From Takakia lepidozioides (Eukaryota; Plantae; Bryophyta), in NCBI GenBank assembly GCA_030704615.1, contig CM060731.1:68262001-68326000 (forward strand): a stretch of DNA of 64,000 nt, written 5' to 3'. Both the position numbers and the translations under genes were made by a program. This document shows positions 52,867 through 64,000 of this stretch, one piece after another. Positions within the stretch are counted from its first letter, which is position 1. The number at the start of each line of letters is the position of its first letter. The notes beneath the pieces are model-generated. The model was not told the DNA's origin, did not search any database, and saw only the letters and a list, made by a program, of their open reading frames with translations.

Positions 52867-53180
52867 GTCAGGCCTCTCCAGGCAGTATATAAGGGCCTAC
52901 CCCTCATTCCCAATCAACTTTTTTCCCTCTCTGTGAGTGCGGTTCTGGGGCTTCTTGGAGTTTGAACTTCGGTGGCCAGGACTGAGCGTGGGAGGGGGAG
53001 AAAGTGGATTTGTGTGGGGGAGGAGTTTTTGCCTTTTTTTCCTGGGACTGCGGGAGAGTTTGCTTTGGGTACTATATCAATAGAGGGTGAGGAAATTGGT
53101 CTGCTAGTATATAAGGTTATCAATAGTTTGGGTTTGTTTTCCGTTACGAAGCCGCGTCTATTCCGCAGAGTACTTTCATC

Positions 53181-54689
53181 ATGTCCGGAAACGTTGCTTC
53201 GAACGCAGTGTCAGGGGGTTCCTCGGGAAATGGGCGTAAAGATAGGAAGCGTAAACATGCACATGAACGGGATAGTCAGGTCAACAAAAAAGACTATCCA
53301 AGCGCAGAGGCCGCGAAGGTGGTGAAGCAAGTAGTGCTGGATTATTTGAAGGACAATGACATAATGCGTTTGAATCTTTTGTATGTCCGACATGGGAATG
53401 AGGGGTTCTTTAGATTCCAGCACAATATGGAGATGAGAATGAGGGAGGCTTTGGCCGGGGATGAATGGGAGGAGGACAGGGTGAAGTTCTAGTTCACGAA
53501 ATGGATGGAGGACCGGGCCCATGATGCCACATGGAATCTGAGGCAAACCATGGATAAGTTTGTTACGAGAACACCTGTAGCTGAAGGTCGCATGCCAACT
53601 TCGGAGGAGGAGTTGTTTGTGCTTGTGGATTGGTGGTCTGACATGGCAAAGGCCCACGCCAAATGACGTACAAAACCACTCCCATAGAAAGCAGGGTCCT
53701 CGTCCGCGGATGCAGCATTGAACGTGAGATACATATCCACAAACACACAGGTACAATAACTCGACGTGCCCAAACAGGGAGGGTATGGTACAATTCGGAG
53801 GGTTAGAATTGTTGGGGATCAATTCATTCGTCCATCTTGGGAGCTAACAGAGAAAACGCCTAGGGAAACAAATGCTGAGCTTGCCAAAGTCCAACATAAC
53901 AATGAGGCGTTGACTATAAAGTTCCATCATTTCGGCATCATAAAGTATTTGCGTTGCATCCACGTCGAAATGAAGGTTACACACATTGGTGGAATGATGG
54001 GACCATACGATCATGGTTGAATATTGACAGGAAATGGGGGAATGATCGGGATAACAGGGAGTTAATGGAACGACGGGGGACGGAGCAGGAAATGCAGGAG
54101 GTCAACCGACTGGTTCGATTCCGACAGAATCGCACCCAATTGGCATGGACGCTTTTGCATATCATGCTCAACGTCCATAATCACCACCTCTTGCACAACG
54201 ACATGTCCCCCGACAACATCTTGTTGCATTTTCCACAAGGGTCTGAAGATGTGTACATCGGGGTATGCGATTGGGGGATGGTCTCCACGACGGATGACTC
54301 AAAAACCACGTTGTACATTTTTTAGAGCAAAGACAAGATGATAAAGACTCTCGCACATAGATGGTGGATTGCACCTGAAATTGCAATTGTTCATAATGTA
54401 GCCAACAACCAGTCAGATGGCACATCTCGTAGACCCCCTCTAACCGTGCCATCAGAGACCTTTGCAATTGGAAAGATAGCCCAGGCAATAAATGGGGGTA
54501 ACATGTTCGATGCAAGTCTGTTCAACGATATGTCTACTGGAACTTGTTTTGCTTCCGCTCTGGAAAACTTGTGTGTAGACACAGTAGAGTTGCGGTACAA
54601 CTATAGAAAATGTTGTGAAGCATTTCATGACGGGGCTATTCAATTGGCCTAAGCCCAAAAATTGCTGGAGGATGGATAGAAACTTGTAG
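53181..54689 (+). pseudogene. Intronless divergent protein kinase (TE cargo)
   Basis: GGYGTIRRV Gly-loop, HNDMSPDNILL catalytic loop, CDWG, WIAPE and SETFAIGK. Several in-frame stops and frameshifts. TATATAA at ~52886. Confidence 0.88.
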
Positions 54690-54859
54690 ACCTCTGACTG
54701 TACATCATGTTTGAATAAATGTTGTTTTCAATTGTGTTTGTCTCGTACCATAATGTTTTAATGGTCTGTTACTTGGCCATGGCACCTAGGTCCATCATAT
54801 GGGATAATCAAGCACCACACCCACGAATCTTGAAGAGTGACAGTGTACACAGGGTCAAT

Positions 54860-57800
54860 GGGTGAACCAATCGTTCCCCTGCCAAATGATTTTAGATTGA
54901 TTTGAAACTTTGGGAGTGTGTTGTACATGCCCTTTTTAACTTACCGGACAAGTATGAGGTCAATCTAAAATGGTTCTAAGGGTGAACCAATAGTTCCCCT
55001 ATTAAATGATTCATGATTGAAAATTGGTTGAAAGGTTTAATGAGTCGTTCGGGGGGCAAATGATTATTTCTTCGCTTGCAACTTTGTGTACGTGATTTGT
55101 ACGTACTTAAACACATATGGACCAAAGTTGAACTTCAACAAAGTTGTTTGAATTGGTTATTCAAATTCATAAGGAGAAACAACATTTCGCCTGCCATGAA
55201 TTGTTTTTAATTCCATTCTGAAGCCATATGCTTGATAACAACATAAAGAGTTGCATGCAAAATATCACCATGAACAGACATCGTCTGCATCCAAAACACA
55301 TTTTATTCCTCATTTGCACTCCAAGGTGAAGTTATCTTCAACTTCATGCCCTCTTCATAGAGAGTTCTGCAATAATGAGCATAGAGCAAAGGATGAACGT
55401 TTTTTTCCAAACATTTTTCTTTGGTACATTTTTTGGCAAGGATGTGGTGGTGTGAGGGTTCAACTCACAGAACAAAATCAAGCCAAAAACAAAATCATTG
55501 CGCCCCACACTATTTGCGTCCCACAATCCTATGTCTTCTAAATCGTTTTATTTAGTAAAAATGCAGTTCAATTCAAAATTGGATGAAAGGGTGAACGACT
55601 TCCCCGATGAAATGATATTTTATTGCTCCGAAACTTTGCAAGTGTCTTCTACATGCCCTCTTACACGTCTTTGAGAAATATGACATCAATCTAAAATGGT
55701 TTAAAGGGTGAACCAATCGTCCCCCTACCAAATGATTTTAAATTGATTTGAAACTTTGCAAGTGTCTTGTACATGCCCTCTTATAGGTCTTTCACAAGTT
55801 TCAAATCAATCTAAAATGGTTAAAAGGGTGAATCAATCATGAACATATCAAATGATTTTGGAGTGTTTTAAAGCTTTGCAAGTGTCTTTCACATGCCATT
55901 TTAAAGGTACCGGATAAGTATGAGGTTAGTAAAATATGGTTGAAAGGGTGAACCAATTGTTCCCCTATCAAATGATTTTACATTGCTTTGAAGCTTTGCA
56001 AGTGTCAGGCATATGCCCTCTTACAAGTACCGGATAAGTATGACGTGAATAAAAAATGGTTGAAAGGGTGAACCAATCGTTCCGCTATCAAATGATTTTA
56101 TATTGCTTTGGATGTCATTGCTTTAGTAATTCTAGCCCCCCAATGGCCCATTGTAACCCTTGAATTACAATTCAAAATGCAATTCAAGCCCTTAAAATTG
56201 GTACTGCCAGTCCCTAAAATGACCAACCCCGGCCGCCCCTCAAATTGTAATTTGAGCCCTTGGAATTGTCAATTCCAACCCCTCAAATTGCACTTCTAGC
56301 CCCTGAAATGACAATTCCCGCCCCTCAAATTGCAACTGTAGCTTGTGAAATGGCAATTGCTAGTGCAGCCCCTGAAATTGGCAATTGAAGCCCCTGGAAT
56401 GGCAGTTTCAGCCCCTCAAATTGCAAGTCCAGCCCCTCAAATTGGCAATTCGAGCCCCATGAATGACAATTTCGGCCCCTGAAATTGGCTATGGGTGAAT
56501 CAATCATTCCCATGCCAAATGATTTGGATTCATTTGAAACTTTGCGAGTGTCTTGTACATGCCCTCTTAAAGTTACTGGACAAGTATGATATCAATGTTA
56601 AATGGTTCAAAGGGTGAACCAACAGTTCCCCTATTGGATGATTCATGATTAATCGTTAACGATTGATCTCATATTACACTGGGACCTATCAGAGGGTACA
56701 TTGAACACATTGGCCAAGTCTCAAAGCGAACGAAAATCATTTGGATGGGCAACCATCCGTCGGCCCATTGAACGAATTTCGGTCGATCTCATATTACTCT
56801 GGGGCCTCTTCCATGGCACATTGAACATGCTGGCCAAGTCTCAAAGCGAACCAAAATCATCTGGATGGCCAACCATCCGTTGAGCCATCGAATGAATTTT
56901 GATTGATCTGATATTAGTCCGGGACCTGTGAGAGGGTGTCTCAAACGTACTGGCAAAGTTTGGAAGCAAAAAAAAATGATTTGGATGGGCAACCATCCGT
57001 TCACCCGTTGAATGTATTCCGCTAGATCTGCTGTTGCTTTGGGACCTGTTGTACTGTGTTTCGCGTGCTCACGATTTTTTTTTCATTCGGTTTTTTAATG
57101 GGGCGTATAATGTAGCCATATGCAACGTGCGTGCCAAATTTGGGAGCGAACATAATTCATTTGGACCCAAAACCACAGTTTCTTCCCTATTTTGCACTCC
57201 AAACTTGATTTGTGTTCAATTCCATGCACTCTTCATAGAGAGTTTGCAATAGTGAACAAAGAGAACACTTTTTTTTGGGGGCATTTTTTATTGGTCCAAA
57301 TTTTGGTGGGGGAGTAGTGGTGGGATGCTGGAAGCCGCAGAACAAAATTGAGCCAAAAACAAAATCGATACGTGCCAGAAACCCCCAATGAAAGGCAGTG
57401 CAAACCTATTTATTTGCTTAAAATTAATTTAAATTTATGGGGAGGCAAATGATTTATTCGTCTGTTGTGTCTCCGCACACGTGTTGCATACATGTTCAAG
57501 CACATGCGGGCAAAAGAGGGGCTTCAACCACATCCGTTCAATGGGTGCAATAGCCGTGCACGCATTGCAAGATTTTTTTTTCGCAATGAACAAAAACCAG
57601 ATGACAACTGAACGCCTCATTGGCCCATCGAACGAATTTTGATTGATCTCATATTACACTGGGACCTATCAGAGGGTACATTGAACACACTGGCCAAGTC
57701 TCAAAGCGAACGAGAATCATTTGGATGGGCAACCATCCGTTGGCCCATTGAACGAATTTCGATTGATCTCATATTACTCTGGGGCCTCTTCCATGGTACA

Positions 57801-58190
57801 TTGAAGATACTGGCCAAGTCTCAAAGCGAACCAAAATCATCTGGAGGCAAATGATTTATGCGTCTGTTCATTTATTTGTGATTAATCGTTAATGGTGAAA
57901 AGATAAACCAAGAAGTATGAGATCAATAAAAAATGGTTCACAGGAGGAACCAATGGTTACTTGATGTGCCGATTTCTGAATGCTTTCAAACTTTGCCATT
58001 GCATTGTACATGCCCTCTTAAAGGTACCGGACAAATATGGGTTCGATTTAAAGTATTGCAATGGGTGAACCAATGGTATCTTCATTCAGCAATTTTTGAT
58101 TGTTTTGAAACTTTGCCAGTATATTGTACATGCCGTCAAACAGGTACCGAACAAGTATGAGGTCATTAAAAAATGGTTCAAAGGATGAAC
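54860..58190. repeat. Internal 120-bp tandem arrays in both orientations plus a ~22-bp minisatellite
   Basis: GGGTGAA(C/T)CAAT recurs at about 55706, 55826, 55946 and 56066. Diverged reverse-complement copies at 56660-57030 and 57620-57850. AGCCCCT.AAAT(T)G units at 56130-56490. Confidence 0.9.
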
Positions 58191-58288
58191 CTCGTATTTC
58201 CAAAAATTACGTAGTCTATACAGTGGGTTGCACATTTAAGTTTTCGCAACCTGAGACCTTTGGCCTACTCCCTACGTTTCTAGCTTTT

Positions 58289-60383
58289 CTAGTCATCTTC
58301 ATCTAGACTTATTACTTCGTTGTCGTCATCTCCAGATGTTGATGAAGATGCTTCGGGTGTAGAGGACGTGCCTCCACCAGTACGGAGAGCTCGAGCCTGG
58401 GCTTGAGTGGTCAAAGAGGGACCCAGTGTTGTGTGGTCCACCCTTCTCATCATGCGTAGCGTTCTAGGCGAGTGCTGACTCTCTTCCACATTTTCCAGAG
58501 CCGGGTGTGTCGCTCTTGCTACGGCGGCATGCAATTTTTCAATTAAATCCGATATGTTTGGAAGTGGCAAGAACATCCCTGGAATAGGGGCAACTTGGTC
58601 ACGCCATGTGTTCTACCAATACTTTTTCACACTCGTGATGACAACCTTGAAATTGTCCAACACCTCCTCTTGCTGGGGGTCTCTGCGCAACTCTGGAAGA
58701 AATGGCCCATCATCCCGACGAGGCACCCAGTACGTCTCATTCATATTCTCCCAACGGATGCTAGCGGCCTCCAACTCCCTCAGAAATAGGTCTCTCCCAA
58801 TCGGTTCGCGATTGTATGGGTCGTTTTCCACTGGCACCCACGGATCCTCAGGCAGTTGGAAGAATCTTTGTCTGGTACAGCTCCAATGCCCTCCCAAGTT
58901 CTGGCAAAAAAACTCCATTTGGACTGGGTCCCGTATGCCTCTAGCACGCACGGTTATTTCCCAGTTGGATGTCACCCAAAAGGTCACCGAATCTTTAACC
59001 CTAGTTAACGTCTTCGCATCCAAGGCGTGCATCTCTCTTGGAGCATCCCATGTCATTGTCTCCCCCCAGTGTTGCCAATTTAAAAAATTGTAAGGCGATA
59101 CATCCAATGGCATGTTGTACCGGTTGTACTCGTATCTCGTGGGCATATTGTCTTGCGACCCAAACAACTCGTAGAAACGTCGATGGATTGGTCCACGGCA
59201 GTCAGTGCATTGGCTGGCTCGCATGGCTGTCGATATGAGACATGTGGGATGGAACAAATGGCCACATGAACCAAACATATAGCCTCCCTCCGGTCCATAA
59301 GGGTTTAGGCATATTGTGCACACCGTACCATCTGTTACCCATGACGCTGGATTGCTCTGTGGTATCCACGTCCGTTTATCCTCATTAATGTAGGATGATA
59401 TCCTCGGCCTGGTGTCTCACTCCTCCTCTACTTCCAAATCCCAGTTTATGCTGTTATTGGTATCGGAAATTGTATGCACACAGTGCTCAAACATGGCATG
59501 CAGATCACCCCATGTGGTGAATCCAGTGTACTTCGACGTGAATACATCACGCACAGTGTCGTGCCTTTGCAAATTAGCATAGATGCTATATACGCTTCGA
59601 TTCGATAATCGTGCTGCACGTTGGAGGGATGACAACGCTTCTTCTATCCGTGTTTCCCGCGATGCTAGATGGCCCGCCCATGTCACCCAATTCCGCCAAT
59701 TCCCCTTCAACCATGGCCACGATCGGATTTGCATGGCACTTGAGTACCGATATGCAACAGCCCTAGCTTGCTTGCATTCCCCCACAAGCTGATCTAATTC
59801 ATTTTCGCACGGCTGAACATTCCCCAGTTTCCACTATGGGGTCCTTCCTTTTTCTTGCCCTCTCCGCCGCAAGTCTTTCTTCCTCAACCCTCGCCGGGTC
59901 CAGTTCAAACGTTTGCACTTCATTCTCATGCCTGATTGAGTCAACCCCGTCGATGACGCGGTCAATGTCCATTGGTGGCATATTCAAACGCGCCAATATG
60001 TCTTGCTCCTTGGTGATTGGCCTTGGGTCCTGAAGCACACCGCGTACGCTGTCGAGAGTCCCCAACCCCATTCTTTCTAGCAACTTCGCTAGTTGCCACC
60101 GTTGCAAATGAACAATGTCCTGCAGGTTTTTGATGTGCTGTTCATGTGCGGCTAACTGTTCCTCCAACGGAGAGCGTACCTCGCCCCCCTCCACCTCAGA
60201 CGTTGAAGGCCTGGCTGCAGAGACCTGTTGCGGCGTATAATCTGGATGTTGGTCTGCATTTCCTCCTTCTTCCACATCGTCGTTTCCATCCGCCTTTCCT
60301 CCTTCTTCCACCTCGTCGTTTCCATCGAACCGTATGATGTCTTGCCCCTGACGTATATACAAGTCTGGGATATCAGAGAACAT
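58289..60383 (-). pseudogene. RING-H2 E3-ligase-like gene with acidic/coiled-coil N-terminus (TE cargo)
   Basis: CTICLNPYGPEGGYMFGSCGHLFHPTCL...CTDCR in ORF 58613-59323, collinear with ORFs 59799-60383, 59417-59785 and 58289-58576. Confidence 0.8.
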
Positions 60384-60633
60384 GTATAGTCTAGTACGCT
60401 GTCTCGCAATGGCAGTTTGTCAATCCACTGGTCGCAATAAAATCAACTTTGTGTACAACATGGTCGCAAATAAATACGGGACCTTGTTGTTGACGAGCGG
60501 TTGACCCCACAATGTTGTATGTACCTCCTCTGCCCTGTGGCAGAAATGCGGGTTGGCGCAGGAATACAAGCTAGCTTGATTTTGTTTGGTTTGTGGATCA
60601 TGCCTATCCCTGGGCCACAAACGATTTATGTGA

Positions 60634-62770
60634 AGCCTTGAGACATTGAATGAAATATTGGCCTCGTAGAAAAATTGGGCCCACCTCTTATCCAGAGTCC
60701 TCGTGTGCGATAAATTTAAGCCTTCTCCCGGCTTTGGCATCCACATCGTCTCTCAAATCCGTATTGTCCAGCAAGAATAGATTCAGCAAGGCCCCCGCAT
60801 AATGCAACTCCGTGCAAATCATCCGTTTGCGGTCGTAAAATGCATCCTCGGTCCTTGCCGCCAAATCATCGCCCAGAAATCGTCGGAGCGAATGATTGCG
60901 CGGACCCTCCGACTTTTGCTCAAAGACTTGGACTTCCGACAGTCGCGTAAGGTGCCCACATACGCATCCCATTAAGGGTCAATGATCACCTGCTCCAGAC
61001 CCGCCCTCACAGTCATCAGTCGATCCACCATCAAAAAGTTTGTGGCAAAGCGGGTTTCACCCGGATTCCTAAGGCTGTATTTGGGTTCATGCTTTCTAAA
61101 CAATGCCAGAGGGATGTGATGTGTACGAATGAACGTCACAACGGACTTTGCCTTTTTTACTAGTTGTTTCATCCATGATTCTTTTCCCCAATCCTCCAAA
61201 AGGAGATCAAAGATATGAGCAGCACACCCTTGGTAATATAGATAGGGATATCGTACAATCAAAATATCGGCCATATTAACCATGTTAGATGCATTGTCCA
61301 TACACACTTGGACAATTTTATCAGCTCCAATTTTATCGATGTAACTCGTCAACAACCCTGCTTGATAACGTGCATATTTTCTCTCCCCGCTTGTGTCAAT
61401 GGATCCCAAAAGCCCTAGTATTCGGACAACGCTCGCTCTGCCATGTTCAAGGGCGTAAGTTGCATGATGACCCGTACTTGCTGGCGATCGCAGCTATTAA
61501 TAGCGTGCGCAGTCATGATAACAGCGTGCGCCCCGAGTGTGGAGGGGGGGCTTATAAGGCCTTGGAGACCATTCTCTCCCTCACTTTTCTCCACACCAGG
61601 ACTTGGTGGGCGATAGGATGTTGCATTCCTTGTCATTGAGTCCAAGTGGAGAGAGGTGCTATTGGTTGGGTGGGGGGTATTATGGGCCGTTGGATTCTAC
61701 GAAATCGATGTTGAGTACCTCCCGGGAAGCCCTCCTCTAGCACCCACGTTTTTTTCATTGCACATTGCGTCATATCACTTAGAACTGCCGAGGGAGTGAT
61801 ACGTGCCTCTAGTACTTGGGGAGGATTCATTAGGGAGTAGGATTAGGTACAATTTAGGAGGGTTGGGAGAGCATTTTTCTTAGCAACCACCTGTCGAGTA
61901 GGGGTAAGCCAAAGCCATAAACGGCGGAGGAGGAAGACAGAGGAAGTCATCCCAGGGATGACGATAATGAACCTGGACCTCCAAAAAAAAAACCAAAAGG
62001 GGCCATGCGCGAACTTCGTTGGGACATATACAATGACCCCAACATTCTTGCGGAACCAGGTTGGGAAGTTTGGAAGTTGGGGCAGCGGTGGTTCTTGGTG
62101 ACTGCGTTTGTGGCTGCTGTCAAAGCCACGTCCGATTCCAAGTCCACATACACAATCTCTGCTACGGGCCATTTTCGATCACTATAGTTGCATTATCAGG
62201 GCGTTGTCGCTGAGTTTGATTCCCAACTCCTCCGAGTTATCGCGATCTCCGCACAGAATTGCTAAAAGAGGCTATGTCTGACCTTACCCAAAAGGTGAAT
62301 GAAAAGACAGGTGATTCTCTCCGGAAATATGGAAGCACTATATGATTGTTGCCTCAATGGTCTGGTCCGTACAAGTGTTGGCGTTCAATTGGGTGTTGCT
62401 CCTGACCCACCGGGTTCTCTACGAACAGTAGACGCCTCGCAAGAATACCCCTGGGTACAACTCTGAGGGACAGTTTGATTCGAACCTGGAGTGTTTGGCT
62501 CAGAAGCCGCGGCCACATCAAGAGACGGTGAGATATTGCCTCCACATTGGGCAAAGTGGGCTTTCACTCACATGGAGGCTTTTGGGCACAAACTAACCCC
62601 TGCATTCTTCCCATCTCTGTAACCGAGGTGATATAACATGCGATCTTTGCGACCCGCCAGCTTCAATGCACAAAGATTGCATTGAACACCGTTTTTTTTG
62701 TGCGGGTCTATGGTGAACCAAGGGATCCACTCCCCCCTCATCCTCACACCCAAAACCTTAATCACAGGCT
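60634..62770 (-). pseudogene. hAT transposase (BED finger + DUF659/RNase H-like core), broken and rearranged
   Basis: W..F...VQCNLC......DRM.YHLG....GV.LC; IDTSGE.K...IGADKIVQVCMDNA..M; GCAAHIFDLLLEDWGK; PGETRFATNF; LHYAGALLN; WAQFFYEANISFNV. Confidence 0.9.
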
Positions 62771-63107
62771 TAAGGTTGAACGAATAACACTAGTGTACTT
62801 GGTAGATTTGTGAAGAGCAATAGAAGTTAGAACAGAATGCGATGGCCCAACACTACGGCATCAATCCAAGTGGATCAATGCACCATGTAATATTGTGCTT
62901 TTCGACAATTTGCTGCAGTGGCTCTGGTGGAAGCCACAACAGCAAAAAGTCCGCACCCTCCTCTTGGGCTTACACTCTTGCTCAAGGAATAGAGAACATT
63001 CACTTGCCACAAAAGTGTTTGCCACAAAAGAAGTGATGGGCATTGAGACCACCTTATATACCCTGCAGCCTCCAAGCCTCACACGCTCGACGAATCAGAT
63101 CCAATGT

Positions 63108-63765
63108 TACGACCGCTCCAGGTCGCACGAGGAAGTCGCATGTTTTTTTTAAAAAAAAACTGCTGCGACCACCCTCATGCTGGTGGTCGCACCTGTTAAA
63201 AAAAAGAAAAATGTTGCGACCACCCCCATGCTCGTGGTCACAGAGATTATTTAAAAAATAAATAAATAAAAATAAAAATTGCTGCGACCACCCCCCTGCT
63301 GGTGGTCGCACCTATTAAAAAAACAGAAAATTTATGTGACCCCCCCCTGTTGGCGGTCGCACCTATTAAACAAATAGAAAATTTCTACGACCACCCCCAT
63401 GCTGGTGCTCGCACCTATTAAAAAAAATAAAAAATGATGCGACCACCCCCATGCTCGTGGTCACAGAGAATATTTTTTAAAAACAAAAAACAAAAAATAA
63501 AAAATTATGCGACCACCCCCTTGCTGGTGGTCGCACCTATTAAAAAAACAAAAAAATGCTGCGACCACCCCCATGCTGGTGGTCGCAGATATTAAAAAAT
63601 AAAAAAATACTGTTTAAGAAAAGAAAAAAAATGCGATCACCCCTGCTAGTGGTCGCATCTATTTAAAAAAAACAAAAAATGTTGCGACAACCCCTTTGTT
63701 GGTGGTTGCAACTATTAAAAAATAAGATAAATTCCGCGACCACCACCATTTGGAGGTCCCACCAA
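63108..63765. repeat. Right subterminal array, inverted relative to the left array (A-rich spacers)
   Basis: About 11 TGCGACCACC..GGTGGTCGCA units. Confidence 0.92.
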
Positions 63766-64000
63766 TTTAACAATAATGATTTAAAAATGACCTCAACTAT
63801 TGGTGGATGGAGTAATTTATAAAACAATTCATTCACTTGCCAATGTGTCGCTTGGAATACAACGTGTCCACCTACGTGGCATATTTTTCACCTAACTCAT
63901 GTTTTACTGATTTTCCAGCAAAACTGACGTGACGTTGGTCGCGTCAGCGTCAGGTCCGACGTGACGTCACTGACGTGTGCAACCCTGATGTGTCGTACTT

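Larger units (their letters stand above)
52101..63987 (-). mobile_element. 11.9-kb hAT-type DNA transposon carrying kinase and RING-H2 cargo
   Basis: 8-bp TSD ATGTGTCG at 52093-52100 and 63988-63995. Imperfect TIRs (CCTAGTTGCA / revcomp CAGGGTTGCA), inverted subterminal arrays, and BED + DUF659-type transposase pieces. Confidence 0.93.

Noticed and set aside
17010-60383. Apparent ubiquitin-like pathway cluster (Ulp1, DDRGK1, URM1, HECT, RING)
   Set aside because: The components belong to different pathways and to separate TEs or host genes, with no evidence of a common unit.
52346-63765. Palindromic repeats with spacers resembling CRISPR arrays
   Set aside because: The spacers are low-complexity A/T runs, there are no cas genes, and the context is eukaryotic. 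They are explained as transposon subterminal repeats.

Overview
Eukaryotic plant nuclear DNA, most likely from a non-seed plant such as a bryophyte (inference from gene content). Three intact spliced host genes sit in the middle: CCMA/ABCI1 (26308-28966, -), DDRGK1 (29776-32643, +) and URM1 (33638-35472, -). The left flank holds transposons: a Ty3/gypsy remnant with a C-terminal PHD finger, a near full-length chromovirus LTR retrotransposon (4974-11916), a pogo-like DDE transposase, and a Mutator-like element carrying a Ulp1-type protease. The right flank holds degraded PLS/E-class PPR genes, a chain of unrelated gene fragments (DPB4/NF-YB-like, PLAT, CysW/SULP2-like, HECT), a ~0.9 kb hairpin-dense non-coding block, and a PIF/Harbinger transposase. 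That transposase is split by an 11.9 kb hAT-type element (52101-63987, 8-bp TSD ATGTGTCG) carrying an intronless protein kinase and a RING-H2 gene around internal 120-bp arrays. This cargo-carrying hAT element is the strongest candidate for an undescribed system. All family calls come from motif recognition by eye; no searches were run.
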